Shown one piece after another: positions 53,316 through 63,900 of a DNA stretch of 64,000 nt. The DNA comes from Corallochytrium limacisporum Hawaii. Lineage: Eukaryota > Protista > Pluriformea. The notes under the pieces were generated by a model. It was not told the origin of the DNA. It saw only the letters and a program-made list of their open reading frames with translations, and searched no databases. Position 1 is the first letter of the stretch; each line of letters opens with the position of its first letter. The DNA is taken from contig PDIP01000022.1 in the NCBI GenBank assembly GCA_002811645.1, positions 89,375 to 153,374 on the forward strand. Direction: 5' to 3'. Both the position numbers and the translations under genes were made by a program.

Positions 53316-53331
53316 CCCCCGGGGGGGGGGG
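53316..53331. promoter_or_regulatory. C5G11 tract about 420 bp upstream of the MED24-like gene
   Basis: Member of the recurrent C-run/G-run element. Confidence 0.45.
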
Positions 53332-53755
53332 TTAGCTCCCTCCCCAACAACAAATTCTCCCATTTCTCCCTCCCTATTTTTACGCGCCGAAAAAAAAAAC
53401 AAATCGATGAAGTAAGTAAACCTGAATTCTTTGGACATTTTCGCCTCCACGGTCCCCCCACTCCCCCGACCGAGAAACCATACGGGAGGAGGAGACAGGA
53501 AAGGGTTGGGTTGCGTATGTGGGGGTCTTCTATTCAATTTTCGCTGTAACTGTTCTGCACTCCTGGCCCTTCCCGTGTGGATGGGTTCGGACTATCCCTC
53601 TAGGGTGTGTGTGGAAACGAGTAAAGAAATGGGAAACGGATGGTTAAAAATGATGTATGATCAGTTGGTAGAGGTGTGTATGCAGACGAAACTGTCTTTC
53701 CCTATCAAAACGCAAAGTTTTCTGGAGTACGACCAAAAGGGAGTGTGGATCGCCG

Positions 53756-54532
53756 TCACCCGCGGAGATCGACTGCATTGTTGCCGGTACGGCTGACGCG
53801 CTCTCGCAACCATTTCAGGATTGTCTCACCGAGCATGCGTTCCGATCCACCCCAGAAATGATCAATGTTCTCGTAGAGCTTGTAGCTGAAGTCGCTCGAG
53901 CTTTGGCACTGCCGCACGCGATCCGCAAGGTCTCGCATCCAACCCTCAAAACTTTTCGCTCCCGTGAAATTGTCTTCCACTCCCATGAGCATAAGCATGG
54001 TGCGGTTGGATGCTCCCGTTTGGCTCTCATGGTCGAGCGTCCAGCGCTCGAGGGGCTTGATAAAATGCGACGATTGACAAAGACTCAGAGCCCAGGAGAC
54101 GCCGTAGGGGTAGGAGATGCCCACAAAGGAATCAACAGTCCTGAATTCACTCAGTACCGAGCCACAGACCATAGAACCGTAACTGTAGCCAATGACTGTA
54201 ATCGGACTGTTGCTGCTCATCTGGACGTGGTCAATCACGGCGCGAATGTCCTTCTGTTCGGGTTTGCCTGTAAGACTGGACCATCCCTTCGAACCGCCAC
54301 AGCCGCGGAAGTTGAACCGGATCACAGTGAAACCCGCCCGTGCCAATGCGTAGAATACACCGATGACCACGTTGTTATCTGCATTGCCTCCGAGTGGACC
54401 CCATGGATGGGCAATTATCGCAGTCCGTTCAAGGTTTTGTTCCGGTACCGCAGCAATTTCAAAGCACTCGATCATAGTGCCGTCCTTGGTTTGGACGCTA
54501 TAACGCGTCTCTCTGTCTCTAATGCTTCTCAT
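53756..54532 (-). CDS. Alpha/beta-fold hydrolase
   Basis: AHPWGPLGG..DNNVV, RFNFRGCGGS.G, nucleophile elbow GYSYG, catalytic Asp (EDNFT) and His (DHFW). Confidence 0.93.
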   Translation of the reverse strand: MRSIRDRETRYSVQTKDGTMIECFEIAAVPEQNLERTAIIAHPWGPLGGNADNNVVIGVFYALARAGFTVIRFNFRGCGGSKGWSSLTGKPEQKDIRAVIDHVQMSSNSPITVIGYSYGSMVCGSVLSEFRTVDSFVGISYPYGVSWALSLCQSSHFIKPLERWTLDHESQTGASNRTMLMLMGVEDNFTGAKSFEGWMRDLADRVRQCQSSSDFSYKLYENIDHFWGGSERMLGETILKWLRERVSRTGNNAVDLRG

Positions 54533-54901
54533 GATTCTTTCGTTTCCAGTCTCAAGTTTGTTGGAATTTTCAATTCACGGAACCATGGCGTTATTGTCCC
54601 TAATCGTACCTTTGGACTGCCAGATTGCTCAATATATTCTTGTTGTACTCATAAAAACATTGATATATTTTACAAACTTTACAATTGCTTTTTGTTTCCT
54701 TTCACTCCGTGTAAACAAAAGGGATCTGAAATAGGGTTTTCAAACGCTATAGACGACACTGTCGTTTGTTCGACTTCACGCCTGAAGGAGGCTTCAACTC
54801 TCCACCCGCTGGATGCCAGCGCTCCTGTCTCACCAAAGTTTTTTCTTTGCGGGGGTGGGGCACGGTCTACACAAGAACGGCTGGGGAGGGGGAGACGGGT
54901 C

Positions 54902-57900
54902 TCAAGGACCCGTGTCTTCGGTGCTCTCTGACGGAAACTGTTGCCGCCAGCGGCCACTCTCTCCTCCACCACTGCCGCCGTCACCCATACTACCACGACT
55001 GGTCACGTTTCTGAGGCTGCTGCTGTTGTTACTCAGATGTCGCGTGCGAGGAGAAACAGGATTCGGACTCCCAAGGCTGCTACTACTCATGTCTCGGGGG
55101 GTACCAACCGCAATGGGGGGAGTCATGGGCAGAACGCCAGACAAATTCAGTGTTCGTGGAGAGGCAGGTGGCGACGATGCGTCGGGGCTCAGCATCTGTC
55201 TTAGTGGTGTTCCACTGGCGAAATCGGACGAAGCAGACCCGGACGGAGGAATCCAAAGGTCCTGCAACCAATCAGTCCAAAGACATCCTGTGCTGATGGA
55301 AGAGAAAGAAAGGATTGCGTTTACGACCTCGTCGATGTAAATATTACCCTTGGATGCTCTCGCCATTGCGGGAGACCGTCCAAGTTTGTCGCTGATCTTT
55401 TGCTTGAGATCCTGGCGGAAAAGAATCCGCACCGTAAGCAATGGCTGTACATCTACGAGTGCAGCTCTTCGGAGCAGCGATGCCTCCACGTCGTACAGGT
55501 CCCACCTGGGATCTGTCTCCAGCACAATGGCCGCGCTCTCAGTATGGGGAGTGATGAGGACGAGCATCTCCCCATTTCGGGTGACGCCATCAGCACTATC
55601 GGAAGCGGACATAGACCGGCATAGATCCGGGAAGCGAGAGCGCAAAAAGTTAAAGCAACCACGCCAGTGAATCGGCATTGTGGCCAGTCTCTGGAGTCGG
55701 GGGTCCAATTGTGCGGCATCCACGATCTCCATCTCTTGGCAGATTTCCGCGAAGGTGGCACGATTGAGCTCTGCATTTGGTAACTCAGATCGGGCATGAT
55801 ACCAAAATGCGTCCACTGAGTGGCATCGTTGAATGTTATACAGTAGGTCTGTGACTTTTTCGCGAGTGACCTGCCGCAAGTGCTCAAAACAGGAATCACG
55901 GTACTCACGCCTCTGTTGAGACAACGGATGCCCGTCAGGACCACCAGTCAAGTGCATCGGGAAGTGATTTAGGAGATCATTGGCTAGCAGATAGGCAGTG
56001 AAGTGCAATTTGTTGCGCACTGTGTCCTCTTCCGTATTGTGCTCATCTCCTTGGAACATAACCAGAACTTGGTATCGATAAGCACACATCGAAATTGCTG
56101 CCTGCGCAATCTCCAACCCTTTCGAAGTCCTGGGGGTTCCACCGCTTCCGACCGAGTGCGAGGATCCAGACTTACGCACGTCCCTCTCAGAACCAGACTC
56201 GATGGTTCCATCCTGATAATCATCAGTGTAGCAAATGAAGTCTAGTACTTCGCCATTGCCTTTGCTTTTTAGGGGGAGATGATTAAGACGCACAAACTCA
56301 AAGTCGGCCGCCCGACGAATGACATAGTCTGTCAGGCTTTCTCCGTCCGAAGGACGACCTCCCCCGAAGGTGTAGGTTGCACTCCATTTATACAAGAGAT
56401 TGTTGCAGTAAATTGTGGGCTGCGGGTAATGCATCAGCAAATAATCCATGCCCTCGTCTAGTCTGACTCCAGATCCTGGTTGCACCAGCTCCTGGATAAG
56501 CGCTTGGAAGAAGTGGATCTGAAAATCGTAGCTAAACGAGCGCACGTGCAACATCTCCTTGGTTTTCGCAATTTCTTGGTCGAAAAGCTTGCCCAATCGA
56601 ACATTACGGGACATACCTTTGCGCACCTTTCCGCTTTGCACAGGTAGACGATCCCTCTGACCGTCCAGTTTGAGTCTCATGATCTCCAAAGCATATATGT
56701 TAACGAGGAGGAAATTATCCTGGTAGCCAACTTCGACCAGGATGATGCCCCCTGTACTGCCTCTTTGCATGTAACTCCTCACCACCACAAAACCGTCACT
56801 TCGACCTGTCTCGCCTCCGACTACAGGATCCAATAACATGCCATCGGGCTCAATGGACTTCGAATCCACCATCAAGTGATGTGTGTGCTTGCTTCCAGCC
56901 CGTGCTATTGACGGCGTCGCAGTATCAGGATGGTCCATATCAATTTGTCCCGCAAAATCCATGCCCACGGACTCTAGATAGCTGAGATAAGTGTTGATTA
57001 TGTCATCCAACAATTCCAAGTTTTCCTCAGTGTACACGGAGAGCTGAGTATTGTCGGGCGGCTGCGGTAGGATGATGAGGGGTGCGCGGCAGAAGTGGTG
57101 AACTCTGGCCAGGGCAATTGCCATGGGCAGTAAATGAGCTTGCACCTTCTTGTCAGAGTCGAGTGCCTTCAGGAAGGACTCCGATCGGCTCGACTGCTCA
57201 GATCCCAGCTTGTGCATGGCACAAGTGGTCTCAATAAGATGCTGTGTGATCGGATCATCCAAGAGAGGGTTCCATAGTGGAGGTTTGCTCTTCCACAACG
57301 TCGTGTACATGTGCCCACGGAAATTCATCTCTTCCAGAACACTTAGCGCAGGAGGTGGTTGTAACTCCCCAAACTGGACCAGGTGCAGGACACCCCGGCC
57401 CCGTCCGAGACGCATGACATAATTGGATGTCTCCTCTTTGGACAGAGGATCAATCTTGACCTTTAGCATCTGCATGGTGGCAGGTGTAAGCCGGACAGAT
57501 GAGACACAATCCTGCCGACAACCAGATGGCACCTGCTGCACAAGGTCGTAAGCTGATATGATTTCGGAACCAGCATGATAGTGGTAGGCCTTTTGCATTG
57601 TCAAGGTGTTCAAGCATCTCATACGAATGGCATACCAGCAAACATGCCTTGCCAGAACCGTTACGACGCCATCATGCGTGGACCCCCCACGGTCATAAGA
57701 CATCACGCTGATGTTGTCATTTGTGAAGATGATCACTACCATACCCACACGATGATGGTCAACTTTGAATGTGGACGTCCTTCTGATGGGCTTATCGTCA
57801 CCACTCTTCCCTGTCGCAGGATTTGCGCTGTCCCACTTGATTCCGATCCAATAGTGGAAGCCGTTCAGGTCTTGACCACTCGACAGACTGCCCACCGGGT

Positions 57901-60900
57901 CACCCTGCAACACAGGCAAAATAAAATGCGGATCGCCAATGGGCATTGCGGAAAACGAAACCTGATGAAAATCACTCAATTTTGACGACCAACGATCCCG
58001 CGCATGGGTCCAGAAGTAGCGTCTGGAAGCCGTGGGTACGAACGACGGCAGGGTGCATCTGCGGAACTCTGGTGCCTCAAGGGCCGTCCCCGCGTCGTGG
58101 ATCGCTGAAATGCTACCCAAGTACGACGGATTCAGGACCCGGAATGTACGATTTCTGTGTCTTGGTCCAGGTCCATTCTGGGAAGGAGGCAAAGCGATTT
58201 CAATGACTGGACTCAATTTGTCCAGACATAATTCTTGAGCGTAGATACATACAGTTGCCAGTACAAGAGAATTCAAGCCCGCAACAACATTTTCCATATT
58301 CGCCCAACCCACAGACCAGATGTGGACCACAATATTGTGAGGCTCATCGTCGTTCTGAGCAGTAAGATCACCAATGTCCAAAAACTCCTCCGATTCAGTC
58401 GCGAATAGCTGTACACGTATGTGACTTAGACCATTTGGTCCCCCCGTCTCCTTCATGCCCGTCTTACCATATGGCAAGGGCAACTGGCTACAGTGAACAT
58501 ACGACATGCAGTTCGTACTCAGTCTCTCTAACGGCAGAAGTGTTCCAGTGCGTCCTTCAATTCCGTTAAGTTGCTTCAGGATGCGAAGCACACGGCCTGG
58601 ATATTTGATGTTTGGAGTTTCCCAGTCATCCGTGTTGACATTATCAGATGCGAGTAGCGGCACATCTGGTGTCGTCGCCTCATTTCTGTTTACTATTTCC
58701 GGCATGACACTGGTCACCCTCGACAGACGTTCATGGAGGATTCTCATGAATCTGGGCTCGTGTGTAACCTCCGGGGGAATCGAATAAGAGAGAACATTGT
58801 CCGCTGCTTCCTTGCCCTGTTTGATAAAGTCTACATCGTGCTGATACAGTTTTAGATTCTTGTTGCGTATCAACATTGTGGACAACACAGTGATCACTGC
58901 TTGGTCTAGACGCCGTTGCAGCAGCTGAACCATTTCAACAGTGAGCTCTTCTGGTGCCTCGTCAATGCCTAAAACTTCCAGAAGCAGGCTCTCCCTCGTA
59001 CCTGGGTCCTCCCCAAACACATCGCTCAGATTCATGGATATGTGGTCATCCTCTCCCTGAAGCATTTGTAGGTCACTTCTAGACTCGTCAAGCAAAACAT
59101 CAGGCGTGTTCGGTACAGTTCTCGTTATAGAACTTCTATCCAAGTCTGTCGATCCACCTTGGTCTTCAAGGTTGCTATCATGCGCTTCACCTGTGCGAAC
59201 CAATGACTCAGACACTCGAAGGATAAAAATATGGCCAGTCTTCTCATCTTGGTACACAAAATGATTCCGCACGTTCGTAACTGACATGTTTGCCAAAGTG
59301 TTGTTTACCACACCAATGGCTTGAGCGGCTGGTAGTCGCTGATGCAGAGGGAGATGCACAGAGAACAGAGTGTCACATTGGAATTCCCCACTTCGCAGTG
59401 GTTGAGCAGGACTGTTGGCAGGATTCATTAGTTTTCGCGGCCGGTCAGGACTCGCTGTTGAGAGTGGATTTCCAGCTGGCATAAGCATGGGTGACATGTG
59501 ATGGGTTTCGTGCAGCTCCCGCAAAAGCGTGCCTTGGTTGATATGCTTAACAATTGCTCGAATCTTGTCCGCAACAATTCCCGTCAGGAGTACAGACTGT
59601 ACCTCGATTCCGTGCACTGGTTGGTTGTACTGATGGAGCCATGCCCGATCGCTTTCAAACTCGACGACAAGCATGTATCGCTGCATGGTCGTCGGCTGGT
59701 GGTTCCCAGAGACATCCTCACCGGGTAACTGAACTTGCTCACATCCAAGCTCGGTCACTGCCTCTGATGATCCTGTAGGACCTGTGAACTGAGATCCGAC
59801 GTCCTGCATTGAGGTGTCGACGGATCTGTAGCCGGAGATTTCGCTGCCAGCCAGTTCCCCATGACCTGCTACTGCAAGTCTGTCCGATGCTTTGGATTGC
59901 TTGCGTGGAAAGACTATGGGAACTTCATGCGAGCCGGAAAGCACAGCGATCTTCCCCTGGACGATCCAGTCCTTGCCAAGAGGGGGATCCCGCTTCAAGC
60001 CCTTCATGATGCTCGATTCCGATCTCTCCAAGGCAAGAAGTTCCAACTTAATAATGTCACTGGACACTAGATTCGATATCGGTGAATGTGTGCGGAAGTG
60101 ACGCGCAGCAAAGTGTAAGTCATTTCCTGACAAAGTCCCTTCCACCATCATCTTGTCAATTTGCTGGTGATCCACTAGCCATCTCAAATCCGCATGCAGC
60201 TGAATGGCGAGTAGCTTCTGATCCAAAGGAAGCACCTGATCATTATCGTCGTTGTCATTCGGAATCTCAGGACCTTCACTGTCTACGTCCGAGTGCTTGT
60301 GGTCAGTTTCGCTGAGCATATAGCTATCCAAACTTTCTCCAGATCTCTCACTTATACTACCACCTGAGCCAGAGCGAGTGGGTCGGTGAGACTGCCTTCC
60401 ATTCAGCTTTTCCAATTGTACATCTTCTGAAATGTCCTCTGGCACAATAAACACCAGACAAAGCGTCACATCTACACTTGGATCATTCAAATCGAAGTCT
60501 TTGAATTCTGGCAATGACAAGCAGTCCTTAATGCCTTCTAGAAGACTCGTGACATGCCGAGTATAGAAGAAAGATTTTCCATCTCGGTTTCCTTGGCGAA
60601 AAACGCACTCAAATCTGAGAAACAGCGGCTTTAGCTCATGGAAGCCAGTTTGCAGGGCTGAGGAATCACCAGTGTCTTTGTTGGCGCTCACTAGAGCCGG
60701 ATCTGCTACATGCCTTACTTGCTTTGCGCTGATGACGTCCTCAAATATTGCGGAAAGGCACGGAGGATTTGTAAAGTAGAAGAGCCCTGCAGTGGTCGGT
60801 ACAAAATTTCGCTCAACTACAGTCTGGAAATGCTTGGCGAACATACTTGCGTGCACGGATGCATTTGCCGTCTCTACAACACCCGTCCCTTCAGATGCGG

Positions 60901-63900
60901 GAGTTGTGAGCATTCGTCGCACAAAGGAAGTGATGTCAATCTCAAAGTCAATCTCATTTCCGTGCCTGGTGATCCTCTCCACGTCCTCCTTTGCAAACTG
61001 AATACCCATCTGCATGCATACGTAAGCAGTATCGATCAGACTGCGCACGTGCAAATGCTTCAAGTGATCTGCAGTGTTCTGCGCTTCTCCATCGTCAGAT
61101 AATTCGAGGTTGATATCTCGGTCTTCTGAAGGACTGGGAGACAATAGTCCGCCTCCGGAAACCTTAAGCGACGTACTTTCCTTTGCTCCCGTCTCTAGCA
61201 TTGCCTCAATGATTGGAGGTGTCATCTCAGTAAAGCCCACGGTGAATGGAAGCTTCCTTTGATCAGCCAATGTAGAGCACGGTTGTGATGAGTTGGGAAT
61301 GACAACCATGATAATGGTGCCATCTGGTCTTGCCTTCACCAAAATATCAATGATGACATTGTCGCTGGAGATGGCATCATCTAGTAGCTTGTCCATATCC
61401 ACCGGCTCAGAGGTTCGCCGTTCCAAACGCTTCAAGATTGTCAACAGCGCATCTTGCGCATGTGCTTGTCGGCAACGCAGGTGTACATAGCCTGCATCGA
61501 TAACGTGACGTAAGAACACTTGGCGGGTCATCCATACAAGTTCTAACTGCGCAAGGGCCGCATCAGCATGAGCCTTCTGCTGACTCTCAGCTTCGTTTAA
61601 GTTAATCAGGGAAGGAGATGTCTTTGTGATCCATGACCGCTCATGACTGAAGTTTAACTCAGTAAATCGGTGCAGTTGAACATTTGCACCTTGTACAAGT
61701 GTCGCAACAGATGGCTTGACATGGAGCACACCTTCATAGGCAGGCACCTTAAACTTGTCATCAAAAATCAAAGAATCTGGGAATCCGTGAGCGGCCACAA
61801 TGTTCAACGCATCAAAGGTGACAATCAAGCGAAGCAGGCGTACGTCTTCCTCCAAGATGACTTCAGGGATCTGATGCCATTTCAGTCCTCGCACATTTCT
61901 GTCATCACACAGGCCACTTTGCGGCTCGATCCAAATCCCCACAGTCAACGAGTTTATGTCATCCTCTGTGGGTCGGCAGATGGTCACCTGGCAGATGGCC
62001 GGCGTGTCACTTTCTTCAGCAGTCAAGAATCCTATTGCTGTTTCCTTTGAGAATTGCAAGACCTTAGCCAAAGTCACGTACGTATCAGTCTTTGCGACTG
62101 GTGCATACGCCTCACTCAATCGGTTGCCCAGAACAATTCTGACGTAATAGTCCATGTTTCTCGAGGGCACCCTACTCTTGCACTTCGTGATCACCTCACT
62201 CATGGAAGTGAAATCCAACTGGACTACTCGTCGCTGCTGAAGATTGCTGAGTAACGGTGGTTCGTACTGAGTACCATCAATAGACGGCACAATCATGGAC
62301 TTAATGTCACGTGCGGCCTCATCGGCAGCTGCCTTTCTAGCAATGCCGAAACGCAGAAGATTGGAAGACATTTCCGTGATCAACGGCAGGTACACGTTCG
62401 AGCCCCACGCTCCTGTGGTGTTCCCAAGCTGTCGAACTCGATGTCTGATTTCCCGTAATGTTTCATTAAACAGAGCACCGCTGGCATTGAACATGCCAAT
62501 CATCATCTCAGTCATGAGTGGAGTCACTTTGCTCAATCCAAGGACGCAAAAGCCGGTTACACCTATGCTCTCATCCTTGATGTACCTGATGTAAATTTGG
62601 TTGCGAATGAGCACAATATTGCACCAGTCGCGAAGCATACTGTAAAGCGCATTCTGTGAGGTGTCCGTGGAGACCTTACTTGTCCACACTGTGTCCGTCT
62701 CGGTAGCCTTGCTCGCATATAGGACCATAATGCGCTTGATATCCAGGACGTGATACCACATGTGGTAGGGCATTTGTACCAGCACTTTCCAGTAGCTGAT
62801 GAACTCAGAATCTTGACCTTTCAAGCCAGCAAAGCTAGGCTTGATTAGATTCTTCAGGCGCTGGAACGACTTGGCTACCTCTGGCACCGGCTGCGTATGA
62901 ATGTTTTGGCCCTGCGATGTGCTATAAAAGAGACCGTTTTCCGAGCGTAGAACCATGGTTTTTGACCCCGACCTGAAGTTGGTGAATTCGCTGAAGTGCT
63001 TTAAAAGTTTGTCGCAACTGATAATCATGTCCAGCATGACTTTAACTTCTGGGCTCCGGTCTTCAGCGTCTTTGGCCTCCAGGGTACTCACGTTAATCCA
63101 CGCCTCACCGATGGCATACGGACCATGGCTAGTCTTACTCCGGATTCGATACTCAATTCTAAGCCCTGTGTTTAGTGGCAACTGCAGTACCGCTTCCATA
63201 ACTGTCGGAGAAGATTCATTTTCGCTATCGAGAGGTGCTGTTTCGGGAGATACATACGGTTGGAACTGAATCAGGAAGAAACCTTCCACAGCACGCGACG
63301 CGATCAAGGTCCTTATACTACACGGCAAGACATAGCTTTTCCTTGGTTTGCGGGTCATGCGATCAAAGTCGCGCATGAACAGGTTGCTCTCACTGAACCA
63401 ATCGACGTGCTGATATTTCATGATCAGAGCTCGGCGACACTCTCTCGTCAATGGTTTGCAATAGAGAGCAGTTGGAAAGGGATCCAACATCGCTGTGTTT
63501 TGGTCATCATTGATTGTCTCCAGCAGAAACAAATAACCACCGAGACGACCAGCAAGCAATCGATGACTGTCCATCTCAGGCACCAGCCCAAACGCGGAAG
63601 TGCCAATTTCATGTGCTAGGTTGGAAGTAATCACAGAAGTTCGCACACCTAACCGATGAAACTCAGCTTGTGCGTTGCCAAACTGTATCCTTCCGTCACC
63701 AAGGGCGCGACAAGAATCTACCATGAATAGAGCCACTGGGTCCGCCGACCCGCGCATGCTTTCGACGGTGGCGGACAAGGACTCTAGGTACTTGTGTGTT
63801 TCAGTCTCGAATCTTTCTTCATAAGTTTTTGACTTTGCGCTTGTTATTGTTACTTTTCCGAGATCCGCTACCTCCTGTTCGATGCCTCGTAGCCTAAGGC

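Noticed and set aside
53858-54931. Long shadow ORFs (also 14684-15778, 22736-23485, 28199-29182, 34510-35286)
   Set aside because: They overlap well-supported genes in antisense or alternate frames and show no motifs.
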